Positions 1 through 10,398 of a DNA stretch of 64,000 nt are shown piece after piece. The DNA is from an uncultured virus (IMG/VR IMGVR_UViG_3300028840_007129) (taxonomy: Duplodnaviria; Heunggongvirae; Uroviricota; Caudoviricetes), in the IMG/VR virus record IMGVR_UViG_3300028840_007129; one strand, given 5' to 3'. The first letter of the stretch is position 1. Every line of letters begins with the position of its first letter. The notes below the pieces were generated by a model that saw nothing but the letters and a program-made list of their open reading frames with translations, was not told the origin of the DNA and made no database searches. The translations under genes were made by a program, and so were the position numbers.

Positions 1-696
1 AAATGTAAACGGTAAGATCAGAGCTTTAACAAATGACAGTCCTGCAATAACCGCAATTAGTGATATATCATCTGGTATAGGTATTTTAGGTCAATTAAAT
101 GTTGATAGCGCCGGTGTTGCTGTAAGGGGCCAACTCCCTTCTGCTGCTACGGCCGGTGACCTATTCCAGGGTCGTGTTGGTTCTTCTGAATACTTCAGCG
201 TTGATTATACGGGTAGTCTTAGTGCCCGTGCAAATGCAAACGTCACCTCTTATCTTGGTCGCGCTGCAATTGGATATTGTGGTCTCTCAGACTATGCTAG
301 TTTCGCTCATTATGATAAGAATACGACGACTGATTACTCTCTAATGCAGAGCTCCTCCGGAAATACTTATTTGAATGCTTCCACCGGAGCAACGATATAT
401 TTCAGGATTAATAATTCTACTGTAGCCCATTTCAATTCATCCGGTAATCTTGGAATAAGTACGGGCACCGCTCTTTATCCATTACATGTAGAAGGGACCT
501 CCCTGTTAAATGGAACTGTTGGTATAGGTACTACAGATTCTGCTGGATTAAATTTAAATGTAAACGGTAAGATCAGAGCTTTAACAAATGACAGTCCTGC
601 AATAACCGCAATTAGTGATATATCATCTGGTATAGGTATTTTAGGTCAATTAAATGTTGATAGCGCCGGTGTTGCTGTAAGGGGCCAACTCCCTTC
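1..696 (+). repeat. Exact direct repeat of at least 141 bp (1-141 and 556-696), period 555 bp
   Basis: Identical sequence read at both positions; the downstream parts stay similar at protein level (TSYLGRAAIGY). Confidence 0.95.
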
Positions 697-1280
697 ATAC
701 TGGTTCATTAAGATCACGAGCTAATGACGATATCACATCATATCTTGGCAGAGCGGCTATAGGATATAACGGTACATCAGATTTTGCTACATTTTCCCAT
801 TATGATAATAATGATACATCTAGTTATTCTCTAGGCCAGAACACATCTGGCGACACAATGGTTAATGCCGTAACAGGTAGAAGAATATACATAAGAATTA
901 ATAACTCGACAGTTGCAACCTTCTATAATTCTAATTTAGGTATTAATTCAAATACTCCTGCAAGGACTCTTGATGTAGGAGGAGATGTAAGGATAGGTAC
1001 TGACGGTTCTACAATAACCAGTATAAAAATTGTAACCGGTACAACAGCAGCTGCTGCATTTACGGATGTTTCATACCCTTCTGGATGGACCCGCGATAAT
1101 ACTCAGTTTGTTAGTGGAAAAATTCAACAGAATGCAACTTTGGATTGGTGGCCAATATCATGGTATATTAGTAGCTCAGATTATTCAAGGGTCATTTTTA
1201 GATCCGCTAGTATAAGAGTGTACCATCCTGATTCAACTTTTCAGGAGAGGCCATACGAGATCGTTCTCATGCAGGTGTAA
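2..1280 (+). CDS. C-terminal part of a tail fibre / adhesin-like beta-repeat protein, 5'-truncated, with a frameshift at about 697
   Basis: Frame open from 2 to 724; homologous repeat sequence resumes in another frame from 699 to 1280. G/S/T/N-rich with GNLGISTGT, VGIGTT, LGINSNTPARTLDVGGDVRI motifs typical of phage fibres. Confidence 0.7.
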
Positions 1281-1303
1281 CTCTAACTTAAAGGAGCCGT
1301 TTC

Positions 1304-1588
1304 ATGTCGGATAACATCACATCCAATCTCGAAGAGCAGTTCAATCAGACCACCGAGGCCGCACAGGCACAACAGTCCATGCCTCAACAGCAGATCAATC
1401 TGGATGGCCAGACGTTCTTCATGATCAAACTCCAGGAGTTTGATAAGATGATTGCCGAGGCTGAGGCTCAGGTAAGTAATCTGAAGCTCCAGAGGGCCAC
1501 ATTCGTTTATGATACGAATGTTCAGCAGCTGATTGCCCAGAAAAATCAGCAGGCTCAGGCACCCGTTCAGCCACAGGAAGGTGCATGA
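1304..1588 (+). CDS. Q-rich coiled-coil hypothetical protein
   Basis: ORF with AAGGAG RBS; heptad-like central segment. Confidence 0.7.
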   Translation: MSDNITSNLEEQFNQTTEAAQAQQSMPQQQINLDGQTFFMIKLQEFDKMIAEAEAQVSNLKLQRATFVYDTNVQQLIAQKNQQAQAPVQPQEGA

Positions 1589-1589
1589 T

Positions 1590-2429
1590 ATGATACTCCT
1601 GACAGATATAGGCCGGGATATTGATGATGCAGTAGCTCTGGTCTATGCTGTCATTAAAGGAGTACCTTTGAGGTGGATAATCACCACCTCAAAGGATGCC
1701 GTTGAGTCTGCAAACATCTGTAAGAATATCATTGAATCTCTCTCTGATAAATATCCTAAAGCTAAGAGTATTGAAGTGATACCCGGCAGCACAGAGCCCC
1801 GGAAGCATGGTTCTATTCTTGGGAACCACTATAAGGGTGATTTTTCTAAGGGTCACTTCAGGTACGATAAGTTTGACCCGCTAAAGTTAAAGAAATCAGA
1901 TGTTATATCGATAGGACCAACTACAGACCTACTTAAGTTAATAGAGAACGATCGAGTCAAAAGAGTCCTGTTCATGGGTCAGTGTAAGAAAGAAGGCCGT
2001 GCTATTGAAGTGGATCAGGACGCTTATAATTTCAGATGTGACCCATATTCCTCAGAGGCATGCTTCCAATATCAGGATAGAATACCACTAGCATTTGTTG
2101 GTAAAACTCTGGCTTATCGAGTGCCCCTCTATAAAGAAGACATGAATAAAATAGGAGATACGAGACATCCTGTGGGTGAGTTTTTAAAGGACCACGCATT
2201 CACGTCATATGAAATCTTTAAAGAGCAAGGTAAAGATTTGTATGAAAAGCTCTATAAGGGGACAGATAGATTGAGCTTCTGTTATGACCCTCTTACTATC
2301 CTTTCAGTTTTACAACCTAAGCTTTTTATCTTTGAGGCATTCGGAAAACATAGAATAGGTGTTGATATAGATGGTGAAAAAGCCCGTAATGAAATCCTAT
2401 CTACTGTCATTAAGGGCCTCTCGGAGTAA
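1590..2429 (+). CDS. Nucleoside hydrolase (IU-NH family)
   Basis: N-terminal LTDIGRDIDDAVAL (DxDxxxDD), IGPTTDL, YNFRCDP and CYDPLT motifs. Confidence 0.8.
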   Translation: MILLTDIGRDIDDAVALVYAVIKGVPLRWIITTSKDAVESANICKNIIESLSDKYPKAKSIEVIPGSTEPRKHGSILGNHYKGDFSKGHFRYDKFDPLKLKKSDVISIGPTTDLLKLIENDRVKRVLFMGQCKKEGRAIEVDQDAYNFRCDPYSSEACFQYQDRIPLAFVGKTLAYRVPLYKEDMNKIGDTRHPVGEFLKDHAFTSYEIFKEQGKDLYEKLYKGTDRLSFCYDPLTILSVLQPKLFIFEAFGKHRIGVDIDGEKARNEILSTVIKGLSE

Positions 2430-2431
2430 GA

Positions 2432-2707
2432 ATGAGATCAGTTTATTCACATGCCGTAAAAGAAGCAATGAAGGTGAAAAAAGGTGATGTAAGGAATACC
2501 GTCCTTAGGCATATAAAAAGACTGGAAGAGAGCGTTGATTATCTAACACAGGGAAAGAGTATAAAGGAAAAGGAATATAAGGAGTTTAAGGGTGAAAACA
2601 AGGGGAACTATCTTAGAAAACAGATAGATATAATCGAGAACGGGATAGGACACATAAAAGGGGCTATTAAAGAACTTAAGGAATATAAGGATGTCACTGT
2701 CACTTAA
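2432..2707 (+). CDS. Hypothetical protein
   Basis: ORF tightly packed in the operon. Confidence 0.6.
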   Translation: MRSVYSHAVKEAMKVKKGDVRNTVLRHIKRLEESVDYLTQGKSIKEKEYKEFKGENKGNYLRKQIDIIENGIGHIKGAIKELKEYKDVTVT

Positions 2708-2724
2708 TTTTTCAAGGGCTATTT

Positions 2725-3447
2725 ATGATCTGCTTGGTTGGCGCTGACACACCAATAGGAAAAATACTATCAACGATAAAGGGACCGGTGTCCTACAAAG
2801 CTCATGGTCAGAAGCCTGACCCTGATGCTGATATTCTCATTTATGCCGGTGAAAACAAGGATACCGTCCATGCCACTGATATCCTAAAATCTTATTTTAA
2901 TCTCTTCAAGGGCCGCTTCATATATATAAGTTCATATCATGTATATGGGCATGGGTTTAAAGCTCTTACTGAATATTCTAATCTGAGGCCCATATCAGAA
3001 TTTGGAAAAATGCAGGCTATTCATGAAAATATGGTACGAGAGCGTAATGAATATGTCGTGCTTAGGATATCAGAGACTTATGGGTTGAAAAACGGGGGCG
3101 ACCTCGTAAGTGATATTACATCCAGAGTCCTTAATGATGTCCCTATCACAGGAAGTAGTACAATACTTGATTTTATCTACAAAGATGACCTGGTAAGGGC
3201 TATAAATGCAGTGATAGATAATAACATTGTCTGTAAGACTCTTAATGTTGGAACAAATATAGGAACTTCAATATTAGAACTGTCCAGAATGATAGGTAAA
3301 ATATATGGTAAAGAACCTATCATGAATGTTGTTGAAGATGGATCAGCGTCTTTCAATATCCTTAACGCAGATAAAATAAGGCATCTTACTGGATGGGTAT
3401 CACGCGTTGAACTTAAACAAGCCCTTCCAGTTATAAAAGCAATGTAA
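2725..3447 (+). CDS. NAD-dependent epimerase/dehydratase-like (extended SDR), divergent
   Basis: FIYISSYHVYG, LRISETYG, DFIYKDDL and LNVGT motifs; YxxxK appears as FGKMQ. Confidence 0.75.
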   Translation: MICLVGADTPIGKILSTIKGPVSYKAHGQKPDPDADILIYAGENKDTVHATDILKSYFNLFKGRFIYISSYHVYGHGFKALTEYSNLRPISEFGKMQAIHENMVRERNEYVVLRISETYGLKNGGDLVSDITSRVLNDVPITGSSTILDFIYKDDLVRAINAVIDNNIVCKTLNVGTNIGTSILELSRMIGKIYGKEPIMNVVEDGSASFNILNADKIRHLTGWVSRVELKQALPVIKAM

Positions 3448-3458
3448 GGGGGCTATCA

Positions 3459-3809
3459 ATGCGTAGGTTCTTAAAATGGATAAAGAGTCTCTTCAAAAAA
3501 GATAAAAAACCTACTGAAAAAACAGCTGTAATAGTTGACGAGAAGGCTTTTTTTGGTGACCCCCCTGCGGATATAGATAATCCGGAATGGGAGCCCCTTC
3601 TTGTGGATCCTAATGGGATTATCGTTACTTGGCAGGAGAAATACGGTACAGAAAAAACAATGATCTGTATCGGGGTATGGTTCAGTAAGAAACGGGATGA
3701 ATACATGCTGACGTGGAAGGATGAACGGAAGGTCTATATACCTAAGAGTAATCTCAATTCTATTGAATATAAGAAGCAGAACTCAATAAGTAAAGAGACT
3801 AGCCCATAA
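3459..3809 (+). CDS. Hypothetical protein, last + strand gene before the strand switch
   Basis: ORF with a GGGGG RBS-like element. Confidence 0.6.
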   Translation: MRRFLKWIKSLFKKDKKPTEKTAVIVDEKAFFGDPPADIDNPEWEPLLVDPNGIIVTWQEKYGTEKTMICIGVWFSKKRDEYMLTWKDERKVYIPKSNLNSIEYKKQNSISKETSP

Positions 3810-4400
3810 TCTGAGAAAACCTTATCGATTGCGTATATGGCTTGGTCGGCATAAGTGAATCTTCTTTCCGTATGTTCGAGACTGTCTTCATACGATCTCC
3901 TTTAGCACGTACACGGGCGTGTGATTACAAACGAGAAATAGACTAGGCTTTTCTCCTGGCTAAACGAAAAATCGACCCATCGTTGAACACAAGACTATCG
4001 TCAGTAATCGACTTCACAGTACGACCAATGAATCGAGCATTCGGATTATTAGTCTTATGTTCGCAAGCTTCTTTCTTACGACAAACGTTAGACGCGTAAA
4101 AACGACACGTCGTATCGATATCTGAGATAGCAGTAGTCCAACGTCCTCGTACTGTGCAATAGAACTCTTTCATTTACATTCCTTTCTCTATCTTAGCTCT
4201 ACACCAAGAAACTCAGCTAGGACTACACTAGGAAACGCACCTAGACAAGTGTGCTGACCTACAGGCTGCGTCGAAAAGCTCTTGAATCGTTCGCTTAGCA
4301 TCTCTAGAAGACGTTCCGTAGAAAGACTGCTCGAAAACTTCTCATCTGTCCAATTTTCGATTCGTTGATCACATCGTTAATCAGTGCCTCATGGGCGGTC

Positions 4401-4976
4401 TTATACTTTCCTGTACTCGGAAAGCCACGAATACTGATTATCTTCAATATGAATACCTGGAAGAAGTTCTCCCAGTTCTTTGATTCCAAGATATCTTACA
4501 TGCTGACCACCCACGGAATCCTCAGGTCTCGGAGTTGTAATTAAAAAATTTCCACCCGGTTTTAAAACACGGACTATCTCTTTAATTACCAGCTCAATAT
4601 CCAGGACATGTTCAAGTATCTCTCCGGCTATAATATGGTCAAAGCAATCATTTCTGAAAGGTAGACTTTCAACTGCACAAGTACAAGTTTTGGATAAAGG
4701 AGCATTATTTTTCGTGTTATAAACGAAAAAATAGGCTATGTCGACTGCTACATATTCGCAAGGTATAGTTTCCGTCAGGTATTTGGCCAAGCCGCCATTA
4801 GAGCACCCACAATCAAGTATCTTCCCATATGGTTCTATTCTCGGCAAATAGAACGTCGTTCGATGCCAATGCGGTCCGTTGGCGGTAAAGTCATCCATAA
4901 AAGGATATTGAGGAGCATGATCCCTATACCATCGAGCATATTCTGAAAAGGACATTTTGCTGAAATCCTCATCCAT
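4401..4976 (-). CDS. Class I SAM-dependent methyltransferase
   Basis: ILDCGCSNG, VAVDIA, LPFRNDCFD, EILEHV and RVLKPGG motifs. Confidence 0.9.
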   Translation of the reverse strand: MDEDFSKMSFSEYARWYRDHAPQYPFMDDFTANGPHWHRTTFYLPRIEPYGKILDCGCSNGGLAKYLTETIPCEYVAVDIAYFFVYNTKNNAPLSKTCTCAVESLPFRNDCFDHIIAGEILEHVLDIELVIKEIVRVLKPGGNFLITTPRPEDSVGGQHVRYLGIKELGELLPGIHIEDNQYSWLSEYRKV

Positions 4977-5599
4977 TTATTCCTTCTTTCGTCCAGGTGA
5001 ACTTTCGGATCGGGTTCCTTTATCGAATATAAGAACATAATTAAGGGTCTATGACCATTGTATAACGATTGTGCTCCGTCATTTCTACGAAGTCCCTCTC
5101 CGTACTACTTCGAGAAACTTCTTCATCTATTTCCGTCGTTTCTATAAAATCCGCCCCCACCTCTACAGTCTCTTCTCCTGAAGGTGGTCTTGAAAAACCA
5201 CGTTCCACTTCTTCAGGAGTAAAAGGTCTAGGTACTGCGGATTCTCTCGATCTGCTTAGGCTAGATACGATACAGATACATACAAAAAATGCGACTTCGG
5301 TAATAATCGTTGCTTTAAGATGAGTGGGAGACTGCTCATAAATGTATAATGCTGTGGATATGATAAAAAGAAATAGTGAAAGTGTACAAAGTGCTGGTAA
5401 CAAATGTTTCATGATATCACGCTCCGGTCGATGTGCGGATCCCATAAGGTGATACTGCAAGAGCGGATAATAAAACCTAAAAGAAAGGTATGAATTTAGG
5501 GACAATTATATGCAGAGCTGTGCAGGATACAAATATGCCAAGGCCTAAAAGGTGCGGAGTTAACTCTCTATAATTCACGGAGTCTTCTCCTAAGCGCCC

Positions 5600-6235
5600 C
5601 TAGAACCCATAAATTCTGAAGTCTCCCAGAGTAATAGTGTACTGTTCCTTCTTACCAGTGGCTATATACCTGATAATGACCTCAGTGGCCACGCTGACCG
5701 CCAGAAGTATAACGTTGCGTGCAAGGGGATACTCACAGATATCAGCCCCTTTAGAATCACCATCGAGATGATACTGCTCATTCCATATGGCCTCGGCATA
5801 GTTCTGAAACAGACCCACATGCAGGCAGTCTATACCATTCTTCCGGCAATAATCGGTAACTATGCCTCGACTCTGGGCATTATCGAAGCCATCAACAACA
5901 AGACTGCCCTTGGTAAGCAATGAAGACACCGTCTTCTCAGTTAGCCTCAGCTTCTGGGCCTCTATCTGTACAGACATGTTGTTAAAAACGATGCTCCTCA
6001 GAGCCTGCACCTTAAGCGACCCAACATCCCTCCTCGAATAAATTTGGGTCTGGCGATTGTGGTCCTCAACGCGATCGTCATCTATCACCGTTATCCTGGT
6101 GAAACCCTGACGAACCATGTTATCTATAAGGTTTGACCCTATAGCACCGGCACCGCAAACAACTATGGAATAGGACCCAATCTTCTTCATCAGGTCCTCA
6201 CCACGAAAATTTATCTCGTGTTCAAGCGTCCTCAT
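5600..6235 (-). CDS. ThiF/MoeB/E1-like adenylyltransferase
   Basis: VCGAGAIGS, IDDDRVEDHNRQTQ, DVGSLKV and VVDGFDN motifs; C-terminal ICEYP cysteine. Confidence 0.9.
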   Translation of the reverse strand: MRTLEHEINFRGEDLMKKIGSYSIVVCGAGAIGSNLIDNMVRQGFTRITVIDDDRVEDHNRQTQIYSRRDVGSLKVQALRSIVFNNMSVQIEAQKLRLTEKTVSSLLTKGSLVVDGFDNAQSRGIVTDYCRKNGIDCLHVGLFQNYAEAIWNEQYHLDGDSKGADICEYPLARNVILLAVSVATEVIIRYIATGKKEQYTITLGDFRIYGF

Positions 6236-6500
6236 CAATATCCTCTTCTTCTGAATCATCAGACGAGTCTTTGTTCATATCGCTTTTTTCCAAAATAGAC
6301 CCTGAATTCCCCCAGGCAAGCCTTATCTTACCTCTCCAAGGATATAGGGGACATAAGACACTCGTACATTCACGAGGATGGGATTCAAAGCCCATGCATT
6401 CCGTACACATGGCCTTTATTGCTCGACCACGATTCAACTCAGTCGTAATAGTGCCACCATTGACTGCCCTGATAGTATGCACAGCTTTTTGCATCTTCAT
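6222..6500 (-). CDS. Small Cys-rich putative Zn-binding protein
   Basis: CTECMG...C...CPLYPWR; overlaps both neighbouring genes. Confidence 0.6.
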   Translation of the reverse strand: MKMQKAVHTIRAVNGGTITTELNRGRAIKAMCTECMGFESHPRECTSVLCPLYPWRGKIRLAWGNSGSILEKSDMNKDSSDDSEEEDIDEDA

Positions 6501-7378
6501 GATCCTCTCAAAATATCATTACAGATCTTCGATATAGACCTAAGAGCCCCCTCATACTTGCCCCGATCCACAATAGAACCTTCGAGAGAACCAAAATGCA
6601 AGGTCAGACATTCAAGCAGCAGTGATTTTATGGCCCTATCGTCGGGTACAGCCGGTAAATCGGATTTATGATAAGCCTCTTCCAGATGACGCTCTTTGTC
6701 CCTAAAATACTGCTCCACCCTGCTTAGCTCCCAACCGCCATTACGTATGTCCTTAAGTTGTTCTTTGCTCCTCTGAAGGTCCAGAGTACCCTCAATAAGA
6801 ATCTGCTCCACCTCATTTATAAGCCGGACCAGATTATAGGCATATTTAACGTCGTACCCGAATCTCTCTACAACAGCATCTCTCTTACCTGATGGCTTCT
6901 TGTTGCGAATCTTGTTGAGTTGCTGATAAGCATAACTCTTGAATCTTTGATAGCATCCTTTATGAAGAAAAAGATGCCTGTTCTCCCTGACCAGGTTCCC
7001 AATAGGGCTATATCGGACGATACAGTTATCGGGAACGAATAAGGAATCTATCATATTCGGGTTGTTTTTCATGCAGAGATCGAAAAACTTCACGATAGAG
7101 TAAATCGTGAAATCACAGGGCTTACCGCTCGAAGTATCCTCGAATCCATGCTGCTGGTATGTCTCAAACCCCTTATGGTTCTCACCGAATCCGTGTATGT
7201 ATCCCTTCAAATGAGGGAATATGTCCTCTTTTGAAGGTATGGTGAACCCATAGAAATCATAGTCGCTCTCGTCGGTAGACACCCCATAGCTCTGACTACC
7301 CATAATAACCAGATACTGCGTGTTGTCGATAATCCACTTCGGGCATTTCAGGCTATTGAAAATCCTTGAATGGTTCAT
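6497..7378 (-). CDS. Pol-beta superfamily nucleotidyltransferase, RlaP/YcgL-like (RNA-repair associated)
   Basis: MGSQSYGVSTDESDYD (GS-x-DxD), KNNPNMIDSLF and GYDVKYAYNLVRL motifs. Confidence 0.85.
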   Translation of the reverse strand: MNHSRIFNSLKCPKWIIDNTQYLVIMGSQSYGVSTDESDYDFYGFTIPSKEDIFPHLKGYIHGFGENHKGFETYQQHGFEDTSSGKPCDFTIYSIVKFFDLCMKNNPNMIDSLFVPDNCIVRYSPIGNLVRENRHLFLHKGCYQRFKSYAYQQLNKIRNKKPSGKRDAVVERFGYDVKYAYNLVRLINEVEQILIEGTLDLQRSKEQLKDIRNGGWELSRVEQYFRDKERHLEEAYHKSDLPAVPDDRAIKSLLLECLTLHFGSLEGSIVDRGKYEGALRSISKICNDILRGS

Positions 7379-7737
7379 TTAGAGGTCACCCACCCCATAT
7401 AAAGAGACCTATTGAGGAAAGATGGTATCTTTCTATAACAGATATATTTCCCCTTCCGATAGAATATCCAACAGCTCTGCACCCCTGAACATATCACGCC
7501 ACATATCAAAGGCCTGCCTTCTGCCCTGACCCAGGCCTTCATAGTTGTGATGTCCTCATCACTGAGAAATGGCTCACCAAAAGGATGGGTGTGATAAAAC
7601 CCAAGGACCTTTTTGGAAACGGCTTCGTTCCAATCAAAATTAACTGATGTGGTAGATCCAAACGAATGATACACCCGTTTGCCCAGGAGAAAAGGCCCTA
7701 CTCTTTTTCCTTCAATGAACCAGCATTCCTCAATCAT
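7375..7737 (-). CDS. JAB/MPN (Prok-JAB) metallopeptidase
   Basis: N-terminal Glu plus GFYHTHP...LSDED (HxH-x7-S-xx-D). Confidence 0.85.
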   Translation of the reverse strand: MIEECWFIEGKRVGPFLLGKRVYHSFGSTTSVNFDWNEAVSKKVLGFYHTHPFGEPFLSDEDITTMKAWVRAEGRPLICGVICSGVQSCWIFYRKGKYICYRKIPSFLNRSLYMGWVTSK

Positions 7738-8587
7738 CGTCACCATCCAAGTTGAACACCTCGAAGTAAGCGTTGGTCAGGTGACCCTCTTTCAGAACCG
7801 GGATAAGACTCTTAAGGTCAAAGTTCCTGTCGCCACCACTAAGACATATCCCGGCCGAAAGAACACCGAATCCGTCATTCTTCTGTACGAAAGACGTGTA
7901 TTTGCGGCCATCGACATTATAGGTTACGCTGAAGTGGTCTGACCGCTCCTTATAGGATACAAATTCACCCCCACCATGCTCCACGGCATCTACAAGGCGG
8001 TCTTTTACGGACCGAACTCTTTTCTTTTCCTCCAGCTTCAACTTCATGGCATAAGCTGATTTTTCAGCGAAAGATAGCCCCTTGTATTGGAGTTTATCTA
8101 CTCCAGTCCCTTTTTCGAGCTCCATCCTCAAGTATTCAGTGAGGGTCAGGTCTACTCTGGTGTTCAGGTCATGGAACCATATCCGGCATCCATCAAACCG
8201 ACCAACTATATGGTCGAAAATATCCACGGAATCATTCGGGAGTAGAACCTGATAAACCTCCTGTAAATCGATAGGAACCCTTGTAACGGGCACACCCAAC
8301 CAGTAGTTCCCCTCACGCTGAAAAAGAATGAGATAAACCCTTTGCAGCTTCTTGAGGTAGGAATCGATTTCCCCCATGTGGGCTTCCCGGCTGACGCGGG
8401 CGTTATGGAAATCGAGCGGTTTGAAGCTGTACCAGCCAGGCTTGGTCTGTGGTATTTGGAACTGATAGGTTACACCGCTGAGACGGGTAACTATCTTTCT
8501 GTTGTAGAAGACGGGAGAGATGACCTCCTGATTTGTGAGGTCACTCTCCTTCTTCCCGAGGTTCTCTATCAGATCCAGAATCGACAT
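7730..8587 (-). CDS. Putative E2-like conjugating protein
   Basis: C-terminal beta-rich domain with SAGICLSG cysteine motif; lies between Ubl/TROVE and JAB/E1. E2 call is inferred from context. Confidence 0.5.
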   Translation of the reverse strand: MSILDLIENLGKKESDLTNQEVISPVFYNRKIVTRLSGVTYQFQIPQTKPGWYSFKPLDFHNARVSREAHMGEIDSYLKKLQRVYLILFQREGNYWLGVPVTRVPIDLQEVYQVLLPNDSVDIFDHIVGRFDGCRIWFHDLNTRVDLTLTEYLRMELEKGTGVDKLQYKGLSFAEKSAYAMKLKLEEKKRVRSVKDRLVDAVEHGGGEFVSYKERSDHFSVTYNVDGRKYTSFVQKNDGFGVLSAGICLSGGDRNFDLKSLIPVLKEGHLTNAYFEVFNLDGDDD

Positions 8588-8683
8588 CTCTATAGAACTT
8601 CTTTGATAAAAGAACTATCATCCCTATAAGAACATGGAACCCAAAGACTACTACTGCTATCCCCAACAGGACCCTCTCGTTCA

Positions 8684-10291
8684 TTAGACCTCTGCATACT
8701 CAGCAAAAGGTCTGCGAACCGGGAGAGGTGTGTCCATAATCTCATAGAGCAGGTCGAGTTTGCTGTTCTTGGTCAGAAGAGGCAGCAAACCAGGAAGACC
8801 ATAGTAATCCTTCCCATCCGGCTGATAGGTATCAAACGCAATTTGGCTCTGTCTCAGTCTCATAGAAAGATTTCTGGACTCAGAGCTCGGGATGTACAGA
8901 ATCACCACATTGGGTGTAATTCCCATCTCCTTTTCATAGCGCTTGAAGACATCAGAGAAGAGAGGGCCCTCATTCTCACCCTCATCCGTAATGATGATGA
9001 TCTGCTCCACCCGGATCTTGTCCCTGAGCAACTTCTCAAGGGCACACCCGACGGAGGTCCAGCCGTGAGCCCGGATCCGTGAGAAAGCCGCTTCCCAGTC
9101 AGAAAGATCCTTCCCCTTTGCCCTGACCTCCATGGCCATGTTATCAAAAGCCATGACATAGAGGTCCGACTCCGTTACTCCTGAGACCATGGCTGCCAGA
9201 CGAGTACCTACCTCGATGGCACTGCTCATTGACGAGCTCTTATCGACGAAGATAGCTGTAGGAATCTTGATGACTCCGCGCTTCTTGATTTGCTTATCAG
9301 CTACTTCATCGAGCTTCTTGGCCAGGGTCTCATCCTTGACCTGGGCCTTAGCGGCCTTAGACTTCAGAGCCGTGACCTTGGAGCTCTTAGCGGCCCTAGT
9401 GAGCTTCTTATCAATGAGAGCAGAGATATCCTGGTTCTCCCTGGCACCACGAGCCTCAAGAGATGCCATGTTCGTGATAAGCTCCTGGGAGCTCATGGCA
9501 TTGATGAGCGCTACCATAACCGAGGGGGTCATCTGCTTGATGAGTCCCACGGCAATACGATAGGGTACCTTGTTCTGGACAATGAGCTTAGCCGCATCCT
9601 CAGGGGACTTGGCCTCGATAATCTTCTTGTAGATACCGAGTTTGCTGTCCTCTGGGTACTTCCTCTCGAAGAGCACTTCATTGTGCCTCTCGGGGGGCCT
9701 GCGATGAATGCTGGCATAGAGCCCCTTCAGGGCACGGGCATTGCTCATGACCCTTGAGTCGAATCGATCGTTATCCTCCTCAAGCCACTTCAAGTACTGA
9801 GTAATCTCAGTCTTGAGAGCAGAGGGGATGTTTCGGTCCATACCGACATGGATAAGCTCAATCTTGTGCTTATCGATAATCTTACGGCCCTTCTTGATCT
9901 TCTCGCCGGTCTTGATCCGCTGCTTTACCTTCTTACCCTTGAGGAACCCCTTAATCTTGTCCTTCATGAACAGAGGGCTCTGACGGAACAGTGCGAGGCC
10001 AGTCTCCCGGTTCTCGATAAACGGGTCGTTCAGGAGCATGGCCGTGAACACTTCCTTATGGTCACGGATGTCACCCTTCTTGAAGTACCAACTGGCCAGC
10101 TTTGGATAGAAAGCCGGATCATTGGTCCTCAATACCTCATGAATCTCCTTGACCTTATTCGTGTCTCTGTGGGGGCAGGACATGAATGAGTTGAGGAGCT
10201 GCAGCCGGGTATCCTGTTCCTGACTGGGAGCAGTTGCGGCTGCGGAGGTCTGACTGGTGGTCCTGGTACGGGTGGTCCGAGTCCTGTTCAT
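8684..10291 (-). CDS. Ro60/TROVE-like helical protein with C-terminal vWA domain
   Basis: vWA MIDAS FVDKSSSM, GWTS, IIITDEGEN; helical N-terminus with DPAFYPKLASW; adjacent Y-RNA-like array. Confidence 0.75.
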   Translation of the reverse strand: MNRTRTTRTRTTSQTSAAATAPSQEQDTRLQLLNSFMSCPHRDTNKVKEIHEVLRTNDPAFYPKLASWYFKKGDIRDHKEVFTAMLLNDPFIENRETGLALFRQSPLFMKDKIKGFLKGKKVKQRIKTGEKIKKGRKIIDKHKIELIHVGMDRNIPSALKTEITQYLKWLEEDNDRFDSRVMSNARALKGLYASIHRRPPERHNEVLFERKYPEDSKLGIYKKIIEAKSPEDAAKLIVQNKVPYRIAVGLIKQMTPSVMVALINAMSSQELITNMASLEARGARENQDISALIDKKLTRAAKSSKVTALKSKAAKAQVKDETLAKKLDEVADKQIKKRGVIKIPTAIFVDKSSSMSSAIEVGTRLAAMVSGVTESDLYVMAFDNMAMEVRAKGKDLSDWEAAFSRIRAHGWTSVGCALEKLLRDKIRVEQIIIITDEGENEGPLFSDVFKRYEKEMGITPNVVILYIPSSESRNLSMRLRQSQIAFDTYQPDGKDYYGLPGLLPLLTKNSKLDLLYEIMDTPLPVRRPFAEYAEV

Positions 10292-10398
10292 GGTTTTCTC
10301 TCTTCAGGTTTTAGCACTATGATAGTAGCCCTGCAATCCTGGGTGAGGGTAGGCCCCCTTAAGAACTTTGATAAGTCTTTCGAGGGCACTTTCCCTGC

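Noticed and set aside
1..696. Diversity-generating retroelement TR/VR pair
   Set aside because: The copies are identical with no adenine-specific differences, and no reverse transcriptase is seen.
8843..10189. Long + strand ORFs antisense to TROVE (likewise opposite uvrD, tnpB and pspA)
   Set aside because: Shadow frames produced by codon bias of the minus-strand genes; no recognisable motifs.
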